47,034 nt of DNA from Pseudomonadota bacterium (GCA_008501575.1 QQUO01000294.1:1-47034); one strand, 5' to 3'; counted from the stretch's first letter, positions 1 to 7,402 are shown. Notes: generated by a model from the sequence alone, not told the origin. A program made the numbers and translations.

Positions 1-761
1 GTTGATTGATATTCGGCGGCGGGTATTTGTTCGATTTTCTGGACGTCGAACTCACTGCGCATCCAAGTTAGAAACCCGAACCGGTTTAAATCATATTCGT
101 CGATCAGGCTGTTAATCTTTTTCACCTGGTCTTTTGAGATTGTTCGGCCAGTCGGTCTCTTTTCGTTGATTTGTGTGGACATGTGGCCGGTCATGGCGGT
201 GCCATCGGTGTCGTCGTCCATCGGCGCCATGCCCAGAACTGCAAGTAACGTGTAACGTTCGAGAAGGGTGTTTGTGGCGGCCACGGCTCGTGACATGTTA
301 AGTCCGCCTGAATCATCCGGGTAGCCTTTAAGCGTGGTCGATTCGCTATGACCGTCGATATGGGTTAATACACAGGTTACATATAGACAGCCGGCGTCGT
401 CCTGGTCCTGGTACCATCGAAAGGTTAAACCATGCTTTGCAAGGGATGGTTTTAAGGTTTTTGTTAAATGGCCCAAGGTCGCATGGTAGTAGGTACCGTC
501 TTCTGATATCTGGTCTTTTTCTATTTCCGGACAGTTGGCTGAAAAATCAGTGAATGCTTTTTGAAACTGTTGTTTTTCGTAATCAATTTTCTCTCTTATT
601 GAGTGATTAATTAATAACTCAAGCTTTGATTGATCGCTTTCATGCGTTAGGTTTTTTGACAGCAGTTCGATGATGTCAAAGTTTTGTTTTTTAGGTGCCG
701 GCGTTGGTTTTCCGGTGGTTTTACGTGTTGTTTTTTTACGGGTGGTTTTTTTCTTGGTCAT
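1..761 (-). CDS. ERF-family ssDNA annealing protein (3' end runs off the window; absent from the ORF track)
   Basis: Hand translation from ATG 761: MTKKKTTRKKTTRKTTGKP...TCVLTHIDGHSESTTL...AVAATNTLLERYTLLAVLGMAPMDDDTDG. This has the ERF-like RY.L...LG....DD.DG motif, is open to base 1 and has a TAATG overlap with the upstream gene. Confidence 0.85.
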   Translation of the reverse strand, partial: MTKKKTTRKKTTRKTTGKPTPAPKKQNFDIIELLSKNLTHESDQSKLELLINHSIREKIDYEKQQFQKAFTDFSANCPEIEKDQISEDGTYYHATLGHLTKTLKPSLAKHGLTFRWYQDQDDAGCLYVTCVLTHIDGHSESTTLKGYPDDSGGLNMSRAVAATNTLLERYTLLAVLGMAPMDDDTDGTAMTGHMSTQINEKRPTGRTISKDQVKKINSLIDEYDLNRFGFLTWMRSEFDVQKIEQIPAAEYQS

Positions 762-1165
762 TAGATGATCTCCTGGATGGTTTCGTAGCCTTTCGGCACT
801 TTGAGGTTTTTAATGTCGCGGGTTCTGAAGTAGTCGGCGCGACCGGGGCAGGCGTTGTATAGATGGGCCAATAGTGCGACGTTGTCGTTATTTATCTTAA
901 ATTCGCAATTAAGTTCGCGTTTAAGGGTTTTCCATCTGAGAAATTCACAGATAAAACGCTGTCCGGTCTTACGGCCTTTTAGGTTTTCATCGTCGGCCAT
1001 AGCAAAGAACTGATCAACAATCATCTGATTGTCCATAACCCATGCCATGTGTCCGATTTTAAATACTGACCTGTTTTCAGGTTCCATCATCACGTCGTAA
1101 CAAAGCGAGACGATGGTGGACTGAAACGGTGGGATGTAATAAGTGGTGGGTTTAAGCTTTAGCAT
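761..1165 (-). CDS. Phage hypothetical protein
   Basis: ORF track 761..1198. ATG 1165 with an AAGAGGA RBS is the more plausible start. Confidence 0.7.
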   Translation of the reverse strand: MLKLKPTTYYIPPFQSTIVSLCYDVMMEPENRSVFKIGHMAWVMDNQMIVDQFFAMADDENLKGRKTGQRFICEFLRWKTLKRELNCEFKINNDNVALLAHLYNACPGRADYFRTRDIKNLKVPKGYETIQEII

Positions 1166-1239
1166 TACCAGTCCTCTTTTAATAACTGAATAAGGCACAA
1201 TGCGGCGGCGACGATGGAAAGCAGGGCGATGGCGCTCAT
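1165..1239 (-). CDS. 24-aa hydrophobic peptide MSAIALLSIVAAALCLIQLLKEDW
   Basis: Exactly fills the gap, with an ATGA overlap upstream and a TAATG overlap downstream. Confidence 0.55.
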   Translation of the reverse strand: MSAIALLSIVAAALCLIQLLKEDW

Positions 1240-1442
1240 TTGTCAGCCCTCGTATCTAAATCAAACTCGATGTCGTCAATCCATATTACCGGTGAATCAC
1301 CGCCTAACTCTTCGGCGGCTTCCATTTGGCCGCCCTGGTGAATGCAAATAGGTCCAATTTCTTTATGCTGGCATCGCACCATCTTTTCGACGTAATCAAC
1401 GACAGCGGTTTTTAATTCGTTTTGGGTTAAATATAGGTTCAT
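1236..1442 (-). CDS. Phage hypothetical protein, first gene of the PL operon
   Basis: 68-aa ORF directly downstream of the predicted PL. Confidence 0.65.
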   Translation of the reverse strand: MNLYLTQNELKTAVVDYVEKMVRCQHKEIGPICIHQGGQMEAAEELGGDSPVIWIDDIEFDLDTRADK

Positions 1443-1472
1443 TGTTGCTCAGGTTTGTTTGTGAATGAGCAT

Positions 1473-1538
1473 ACTGTAAACGTTGTGTTTACATAATGTC
1501 AACAAAATAATTACATTTTGGTACACTTAATGTTTACA
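1473..1538 (-). promoter_or_regulatory. PL promoter with three repressor operators (OL)
   Basis: Palindromes of type TGTAAAC-N5-GTTTACA at 1475-1493 (perfect), 1497-1515 and 1520-1538. Minus-strand TTGACA-18-TACAGT. Confidence 0.8.
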
Positions 1539-1573
1539 CAATCTCAATATTTAATATTAAATTCAGTGACTTA

Positions 1574-1602
1574 TTGACAATCCAAAACTTACAAAATATA
1601 TT
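1574..1602 (+). promoter_or_regulatory. Sigma70-type promoter for the exonuclease-BRCT gene
   Basis: TTGACA-17 nt-TATATT, lying outside the operator boxes. Confidence 0.7.
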
Positions 1603-1631
1603 AATTCTTTTGGTTCTGAGCGGAGGTTGTT

Positions 1632-2492
1632 GTGGATTTTGTTTGTTTGGATGTTGAAACCGCCAATGCCGATTTTGCTTCTATCTGTCAAATAGGGATT
1701 GCAAAGTATCGAAACGGTGCTGTTGTGGATGAGTATGTGGAGTTTGTAAATCCCGATGATTATTTTGATGAGATGAATGTTTACATCCATGGGATAACGG
1801 AAAGGACTGTTAAAAACAGTAAACGGTTTAATCAGCTGGTTGGTGATGTTTTAGATTTTATTGGTGATGACTTTTGTTTTACTCACACTGGTTTTGATAG
1901 AGTTTCGGTTAATAGAGCCTGTTTAAAATATCAATTACCAGAAACAGATGTTGAATGGCGTGATTCATCTATGGTCGCAAGGCGTACTTGGGATGATTTC
2001 AAATATAAGGGCTATGGACTTGATAATGTTTGTTCGTTTCTTGGATATGAGTTTAAACATCACGATGCTCTTGAGGACGCAAAAGCGGCCGGCCATGTCA
2101 TTATGTCTGCTTTGGAGAAATACCCTGGTGGTTTCGATGAACTAATCGAAAGGCTTGGTAAGCCATTGTCGCCGCATGTTTATGAGAAAGTGGCAAGGGA
2201 GGGCAATCAGGAAGGTATATTTTATGGCCAAAGTTTAGTGTTTACAGGTGCATTGACTATTGTTAGGCGTGAGGCGGCAGATTATGCTTCTCAATTGGGG
2301 TTTTCTGTCAAAAGCAGTGTTTCTAAAAAGACAGATATTCTGGTTGTTGGGGACCAAGACATTGAAAAATTAGCGGGGCATTCCAAGAGTTCAAAGCACA
2401 GAAAAGCTGATGAATTAAACAGAAATGGTGCCGGAATTAAAATCATAAAAGAAAGCGATTTTGTGGCACTTCATAAATCCGAAGAATTATAG
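1632..2492 (+). CDS. DEDDh 3'-5' exonuclease (Pol III epsilon-like) with C-terminal BRCT domain
   Basis: LDVETAN, H..FD and HHDALEDA exonuclease motifs; VFTGAL...SSVSKKTDILVVG...IIKESDF BRCT motif; GGAGG RBS. Confidence 0.9.
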   Translation: MDFVCLDVETANADFASICQIGIAKYRNGAVVDEYVEFVNPDDYFDEMNVYIHGITERTVKNSKRFNQLVGDVLDFIGDDFCFTHTGFDRVSVNRACLKYQLPETDVEWRDSSMVARRTWDDFKYKGYGLDNVCSFLGYEFKHHDALEDAKAAGHVIMSALEKYPGGFDELIERLGKPLSPHVYEKVAREGNQEGIFYGQSLVFTGALTIVRREAADYASQLGFSVKSSVSKKTDILVVGDQDIEKLAGHSKSSKHRKADELNRNGAGIKIIKESDFVALHKSEEL

Positions 2493-3215
2493 TCCGCTAC
2501 TACCTGACCTATGAACAATCCTGCCAATTATTTTAATGTTATCCATTTCCTCATCGGCAAGATGGATGTCATGCATATATCTTGGGTCATGGTCATTATC
2601 TGAATGAATTGAAATAATATTTTTTCGATAATAAGACAGTCTTTTTACTTGTACATCGGATGTTTCATTATTTACAAAAGCATAAACCTGGCCGTTTTTA
2701 ATTTCGTTTTGTGAAAGGTCAATGATAGCTGTATCACCATCCATAAGGGTGGGATGCATACTGTCGCCGTTAATAGTTATTGCAAGCAAGTTAAAGGACA
2801 TTGCTTTTGATTTTTTAATCCAATCTACTCTAAAAGCCAGCTCATTCTTAAGAGTCGGCCAGTCATTCTGGAATCCATCGCCTGCCGCCGCTTTAACATC
2901 AAGTTTTTTAATCATCAAAAATTCACCATCCGGCAAATCGCTATGATGATCCCATAACAAAACTTTATTTGCGCTGTATGTTTCAGCTTCGCTTTCAATA
3001 CGATTGTCTGGATTTTTATCGGTTCCAAACTGCAACCATTCGGGATCACACTTTAAAATTGATGCGACATTGAATATGCTGTTTGCCGGAATAGAACCTC
3101 TGCTGAGCCAGTTTGAAAATCTTTGCCTATCTATGGATAAGATTTTTGCAACTTCAGTTTGCGTCATATCGAGCTTGTTAAGCCTTGTTAATACTCTGTC
3201 TTTTAATGTTTCCAT
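2487..3215 (-). CDS. cI: CI-like repressor (HTH + S24 peptidase)
   Basis: N-terminal HTH (MTQTEVAKIL...FSNW), AAAG autocleavage site, GDSMHPTL serine and VKRL lysine; divergent from cro. Confidence 0.92.
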   Translation of the reverse strand: METLKDRVLTRLNKLDMTQTEVAKILSIDRQRFSNWLSRGSIPANSIFNVASILKCDPEWLQFGTDKNPDNRIESEAETYSANKVLLWDHHSDLPDGEFLMIKKLDVKAAAGDGFQNDWPTLKNELAFRVDWIKKSKAMSFNLLAITINGDSMHPTLMDGDTAIIDLSQNEIKNGQVYAFVNNETSDVQVKRLSYYRKNIISIHSDNDHDPRYMHDIHLADEEMDNIKIIGRIVHRSGSSGL

Positions 3216-3291
3216 AAACAAATAGTTTACACTTTATCCAAACTTATGAAAGCAACAATATGTTGACATAACGCAACGTTATGTTTACACT
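3213..3291 (+). promoter_or_regulatory. OR operators and PR promoter
   Basis: Operator copies at 3213-3231, 3250-3268 and 3271-3289 match the OL consensus. TTGACA(3263)-17-TACACT(3286). Confidence 0.82.
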
Positions 3292-3299
3292 TTGCTCCC

Positions 3300-3584
3300 A
3301 TGAATGAATTATTAAATAAAATTATTGACCATTTTGGGTCCCAGGCGAATTTGGCACGTACTTTAAAAATCAAGTCAATGGCAATTACTAATTGGCGAAA
3401 AAGAAAGTCTATTCCTGCAATTAGAGCTTACCAAATTCAAAAAATAACAAAGGGTAAATTTAAGGCTTCCAATATTATCGAATTATGCGACTCTGACGAT
3501 ACAGTGATTGTCGATTCGGTATGTAGTAAATCACGACATCCTGTAGGAAAAAGTCGATTATCTAATCGGAAGAGGGTGGGGTGA
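3300..3584 (+). CDS. cro: Cro-like (YdaS-type) HTH regulator
   Basis: IIDHFGSQANLARTL.I...AITNW...IPA.RA..IQ..T.G motif; divergent from cI. Confidence 0.85.
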   Translation: MNELLNKIIDHFGSQANLARTLKIKSMAITNWRKRKSIPAIRAYQIQKITKGKFKASNIIELCDSDDTVIVDSVCSKSRHPVGKSRLSNRKRVG

Positions 3585-3590
3585 TGGGTT

Positions 3591-3797
3591 GTGAATAAAT
3601 CAAACTTAAATAAAGTGTTAGATTTGTTTGGCTTTCTTGTTATTGGCTTTATTGTTTTTTTAATGGGGGCATTGTTCCATTCTTGTCTTGATCATCTAAG
3701 GAATCATCACCACCGGATTCGCACGCTTCAATTCCAAGTATGCAGTCTGACAGATTACGAATCTCCGGAATGTAAGAACTTGCGAGAGCTCCAATGA
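3591..3797 (+). CDS. Small membrane protein
   Basis: Follows cro by 6 nt, G-rich RBS, one TM segment; overlaps the 3' end of an antisense gene. Confidence 0.5.
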   Translation: MNKSNLNKVLDLFGFLVIGFIVFLMGALFHSCLDHLRNHHHRIRTLQFQVCSLTDYESPECKNLRELQ

Positions 3798-4212
3798 ATG
3801 CCACAAGCAAAGCGCCTAAAAACCATAGAACAGACCTAATGGACCAGTGCAATGTTTTGGGTTTGGACTCATTAGCTCGTATATCTGACAGAATTTCTTT
3901 TATTACATCTTTTGTCGTTTTTCGTACATACATTCCTTTATACCCTGATAATAAGCATTGTCTAAGTTTTACATCCTTTATTACATCAAAATCATCTTTA
4001 AGTAGATTTTGTAAGTCTATTTTTTCCAATGTCAAAAGTATATCTGTGCTTATATCGAAATACCTGGGCAGATTATGTTCAGGTATTTTTAAGGGTTCAG
4101 GTTCTACATATTCAAATAAAGATTTATTCGGCGGATTCCTTGAAGTAATTAATTTCAATAAAGATTTTTTATCATTTTTATCTTCGTCGTCATCAAAAAA
4201 ATCGTCAAGCAT
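3649..4212 (-). CDS. AT-rich moron, hypothetical protein with C-terminal TM helix
   Basis: ATG 4212 with an AGGA RBS, protein-like composition, TM segment SVLWFLGALLVAFIGALAS; antisense to the PR operon. Confidence 0.7.
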   Translation of the reverse strand: MLDDFFDDDEDKNDKKSLLKLITSRNPPNKSLFEYVEPEPLKIPEHNLPRYFDISTDILLTLEKIDLQNLLKDDFDVIKDVKLRQCLLSGYKGMYVRKTTKDVIKEILSDIRANESKPKTLHWSIRSVLWFLGALLVAFIGALASSYIPEIRNLSDCILGIEACESGGDDSLDDQDKNGTMPPLKKQ

Positions 4213-4266
4213 AAAAATTCCTGTGATAAATGTTATGTCGCAAGCTAAGTTTACCACAGGATTAAA

Positions 4267-4520
4267 AAACGGCGCCCGGGGTGATTCCCCCGCTCAGGGC
4301 TCCGGTGCCGTTTCCCGCTTTGCGGGTTTTATTCGGGCTTTGGTCGTTGGCCTTTCTGAAAACGACTATCGGCGCGAATTTTCCTCCCGGTTCAGCGCCT
4401 TGTCTTGGCCCTGGTTTGTCATCTATCCCCGGGCCTTTTTTACACTATGCGCAAAGCCCTTCACCCACACACCCACGTTGCGCGACGGTTGGTGGTTATC
4501 CGTTACCTCTGAAAACCACC
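4267..4520 (+). ncRNA. Putative structured RNA: tandem array of 7 hairpins with pyrimidine-rich loops
   Basis: Stems at 4267-4313, 4314-4326, 4341-4368, 4371-4399, 4407-4435, 4449-4483 and 4491-4520. G-U pairs form only on the + strand. Confidence 0.65.
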
Positions 4521-4539
4521 TTTATTTTGGTAATTCACA

Positions 4540-5331
4540 ATGAGCGATTTAATCCCTAATTCATTTCAGGTTCCTAATGCGTTTGTGGACGTTATTATGT
4601 CTGATATTTCTGGTAATGCCGTGAAGTGCTATCTTTTAATTGTGCGCAAAACGGTCGGGTGGGGTAAAGAAAAAGACCGTATTTCAGTCAGTCAGTTTAG
4701 AAAATATACCGGTATATCTAAGGATGGAACGATCACGAAAATCACAAAAGAACTTGAAGATTTTGGACTAATAACAAGGCACAAAGAACTGGGTAAAATC
4801 ACGGAATTCAGCCTTAGACTACCCCCTAAAAACCACCCCCCTTTAGAGGGGGTACCCCCCATTAAGGGTACCACCCCTGAGAGGGGGGACACCACCCCCC
4901 CTGAGAGGGGGTCTACAAAACCCACTAATACAAAACCCAATAAAAAGAAAAACAAACAAAAAGAAATCGACACGTCAAAAGGTTTTGAAAAGTGGTGGTC
5001 GATATATCCAAAAAAAGTCGGTAAGAAAACAGCATTGAAGATTTGGGAAAAATCAAAGCTGTTTAATCAATCCGATGAATTAATCCAAAAGCTATCTGAG
5101 CAGGTCGAGCGATGCGAGAGCATGAACCGGTCTGATAAATCCCTTATCGCTCACCCGAGCACATATCTGAATCAAGAACGTTGGGATGATGAAATCATTC
5201 CTATTCCGGAGAAATCAAATGCAATCAGCAAGACAAATAATCAATCAGAATCCTATGCCGATAAACTCAACCGAGAATGTGAAGAGTTCGAGCGATCAAT
5301 GCAACAGGCAACAGGAACACGATTCGGTTAA
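4540..5331 (+). CDS. Phage replication initiator (O-like)
   Basis: PNSFQVPNAFVD...LLIVRKT.GW.K..DRIS.SQF N-terminus; FE.WW..YPKKVGK...HPSTYLNQERW.D C-terminus; internal iterons. Confidence 0.88.
   Translation: MSDLIPNSFQVPNAFVDVIMSDISGNAVKCYLLIVRKTVGWGKEKDRISVSQFRKYTGISKDGTITKITKELEDFGLITRHKELGKITEFSLRLPPKNHPPLEGVPPIKGTTPERGDTTPPERGSTKPTNTKPNKKKNKQKEIDTSKGFEKWWSIYPKKVGKKTALKIWEKSKLFNQSDELIQKLSEQVERCESMNRSDKSLIAHPSTYLNQERWDDEIIPIPEKSNAISKTNNQSESYADKLNRECEEFERSMQQATGTRFG
4832..4965. repeat. Phage replication origin: iterons plus A-rich tract within O
   Basis: About 4 copies of ACC(A)CCCC(C)..GAGGGGG(T) at 4832, 4854, 4870 and 4891, followed by an A-rich run, as in lambda ori. Confidence 0.75.
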
Positions 5332-5995
5332 TCGGGCCAACTGGTTATGGTTGCGGATGCGAAAAGAATATAAGCAGCTGTGGGATAACCAGTATGGATC
5401 TAATCCGGTTAAGGATGACCGGCTAACCTCTGTCGCTCAGAACTGGGTTAATACGCTGGGTAAGCTGGACGCCGGTTTAATTCGGCTTGGGCTTGATAAT
5501 CTTCATGTTCGTTCAAATCCGGGCTTTCCACCTAATCCATCTGAGTTCGTGGCGCTGTGTTACGAAATGTCATTTGAACCGGTGATTGATGAAATATTTG
5601 ATTACATCAATCGCAAGTCAGATGATTTCGAATGGACATCACAGCTTGCATATAACGTTTTTATCAAGATGCAATATGACAAACTGAAAGGTGAGAGTTC
5701 AGGTGTTTTGTATAAACGCGCCGAACGCATTCACCGGGCCATTGACCGGTCAGATTTGGTGCCGGTGCCGGATCCTGTTAAGCAAATCGAGCAAAAGCCA
5801 CTTTCCGACGTCGAGCGTAAGTTAAATGAATTTCGGTTGAAGATCAATTGCCAGTTTATGAAGAGCAAGGTGGCCACCGGTGTTATCGGTGACCGCATTG
5901 ATAACCACGAACTAAAGCAGTGGATGGTGGAATGGTATGAGCAGGGGCGGCCGAATATTGGTGATTTTTTAAAAGGTAAAGGGGTTAAATTATGA
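5219..5995 (+). CDS. Replication protein P-like (helicase loader)
   Basis: Follows O; GGAG RBS with ATG 5219; W...L......I..G......FPPNPSEF..LC motif. Confidence 0.7.
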   Translation: MQSARQIINQNPMPINSTENVKSSSDQCNRQQEHDSVNRANWLWLRMRKEYKQLWDNQYGSNPVKDDRLTSVAQNWVNTLGKLDAGLIRLGLDNLHVRSNPGFPPNPSEFVALCYEMSFEPVIDEIFDYINRKSDDFEWTSQLAYNVFIKMQYDKLKGESSGVLYKRAERIHRAIDRSDLVPVPDPVKQIEQKPLSDVERKLNEFRLKINCQFMKSKVATGVIGDRIDNHELKQWMVEWYEQGRPNIGDFLKGKGVKL

Positions 5996-6192
5996 TTAAG
6001 TTAATATTTATTTTAGTGGTCCGATTTGCGAGCAGTGAACCATTGACAATAGAGCCACATGAGATCTGTGTCCAGGCATTCGCCAACTACCCGACAAATC
6101 AAACATATTACGATTTGGCGACCGGCATTAATTGTATTCCACCCGGTGCCGAGTTCCGTGATTTTATTTATCGGGATGGGTTTGATGATTAA
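5992..6192 (+). CDS. Small exported protein ending in DFIYRDGFDD
   Basis: ATGA coupling to the upstream gene, hydrophobic N-terminus, two Cys. Confidence 0.6.
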   Translation: MIKLIFILVVRFASSEPLTIEPHEICVQAFANYPTNQTYYDLATGINCIPPGAEFRDFIYRDGFDD

Positions 6193-7402
6193 CTTCATGT
6201 CGCTTTTCGCTGGCATCGGCGGCTTCGATTTAGGGTTTGAGAGGGCCGGCATGACACCGGTTGCACAATGTGAAATAGACCCATGGTGCCAAAAGGTATT
6301 AAAAAAACACTGGCCTGATGTGCCACTTTATGATGATGTGACTGAGCTCACATGGGAGCAACTAAAAAATGACGGAATCGAATCAATTGAACTTGTTTGC
6401 GGAGGATTCCCTTGCCAGCCATTCTCACTTGCCGGGAGGCGAAATGGCACAAAAGATGACAGACATCTCTGGCCAGCAATGCTCAGGATTATCGACGAAG
6501 TCAGGCCGGCTTGGGTTGTTGGTGAAAATGTTGCTGGAATCGCCAGTATGGAACAGTTCGAAGTGTTATTTAAAATGGAAAGCAAAACCCATCGCTTCAA
6601 AGGTTCATACGATGACTTTGAAGCGGTATATCTACGAGAAACAGAAATGTTACTCGACGGTATCATTAAAGACCTTGAAAAAATCGGTTACTCAGTCCAA
6701 TCATTTACTATTCCAGCTTGTGCCGTCGATGCCCAACACAGACGGGATAGATTGTGGATTGTGGCTCACACCGAGAAGTCAGGAAACTTACGAGGATCCG
6801 GTGAAATTTCAAACAAGGATGAAAAAATACAACAACGGTTCAAAATGTCCGAATTTATCAACTCAAGTAAAGCATACACACCTGTTCAGAACGCCGGATG
6901 CGCACTGCGGCCGAGGGGCAAAATCCGAAAAAACATTAAAAAGGAAAATAAAAGAAGGGATGCCAATAAATCTGAACGACCAGGTAGCGCATCCGCACCT
7001 ATTTTGGGCAACACCAGCAGCAACAGCCACAGAAACGAGCTCAGGCCAAAAAGCTTATTGGACCGGGACATGTTGGGTTCGTCCGGACGGAACGAAAAGA
7101 CAAACAAATCTACAGGACCAAGTGAAGATGTATCCGACACCACTTGCCCGAGACCACCGATTCAGGATGGATTTAAAAACAGTTGCGAAAAGAGCAAATC
7201 ATTCAAGAGGCGTGAATCTTTCCGAATATGTTCAAAGGATAGACCAATCAAATGGCCAGCTGAACCCAGAGTGGGTCGAGTGGCTAATGGGATACCCCGC
7301 CGGGTGGACAGACTTAGAGGATTAGGTAATGCCGTCGTGCCACAGATTCCTGAAATTATTGGCCGTGCGATTATGGCTATTGAGAATGGGGAAATCGTAT
7401 GA
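6185..7402 (+). CDS. C5 cytosine DNA methyltransferase, alpha polypeptide (motifs I-VIII and X)
   Basis: SLFAGIGG (I), GGFPCQPFS (IV), ENV (VI), HRRDR (VIII), LGNAVVP (X). Start reassigned to ATG 6185. Confidence 0.92.
   Translation: MINFMSLFAGIGGFDLGFERAGMTPVAQCEIDPWCQKVLKKHWPDVPLYDDVTELTWEQLKNDGIESIELVCGGFPCQPFSLAGRRNGTKDDRHLWPAMLRIIDEVRPAWVVGENVAGIASMEQFEVLFKMESKTHRFKGSYDDFEAVYLRETEMLLDGIIKDLEKIGYSVQSFTIPACAVDAQHRRDRLWIVAHTEKSGNLRGSGEISNKDEKIQQRFKMSEFINSSKAYTPVQNAGCALRPRGKIRKNIKKENKRRDANKSERPGSASAPILGNTSSNSHRNELRPKSLLDRDMLGSSGRNEKTNKSTGPSEDVSDTTCPRPPIQDGFKNSCEKSKSFKRRESFRICSKDRPIKWPAEPRVGRVANGIPRRVDRLRGLGNAVVPQIPEIIGRAIMAIENGEIV
6369..7325 (+). CDS. Nested out-of-frame MTase beta polypeptide (repeats + motif IX)
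   Basis: 318-aa ORF inside the MTase gene with a GGGAG RBS. It ends in LNPEWVEWLMGYPAGWT (motif IX-like, missing from alpha) and has four TP...NL..QV repeats. Confidence 0.8.
   Translation: MTESNQLNLFAEDSLASHSHLPGGEMAQKMTDISGQQCSGLSTKSGRLGLLVKMLLESPVWNSSKCYLKWKAKPIASKVHTMTLKRYIYEKQKCYSTVSLKTLKKSVTQSNHLLFQLVPSMPNTDGIDCGLWLTPRSQETYEDPVKFQTRMKKYNNGSKCPNLSTQVKHTHLFRTPDAHCGRGAKSEKTLKRKIKEGMPINLNDQVAHPHLFWATPAATATETSSGQKAYWTGTCWVRPDGTKRQTNLQDQVKMYPTPLARDHRFRMDLKTVAKRANHSRGVNLSEYVQRIDQSNGQLNPEWVEWLMGYPAGWTDLED

Noticed and set aside
4371-4399. Hairpin H4 loop pairing with the capsid RBS or the region upstream of hsdS
   Set aside because: Only 6-8 bp, explained by the generic anti-SD core; not counted as a specific target.
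3794-4543. 249-aa + strand ORF with ATGA overlaps at both ends
   Set aside because: Ser/Phe-rich sequence typical of an antisense shadow of the 3649-4212 gene, running on through the hairpin array; no RBS or motif. The double overlap is curious, so it is not fully excluded.
4281-4559. 92-aa Pro-rich ORF
   Set aside because: A by-product of the GC-rich hairpin array; no RBS and no protein-like pattern.
6059-6184. N-terminal extension of the MTase in the ORF track
   Set aside because: Motif I begins right after ATG 6185, and the extension overlaps the coupled 5992-6192 gene.
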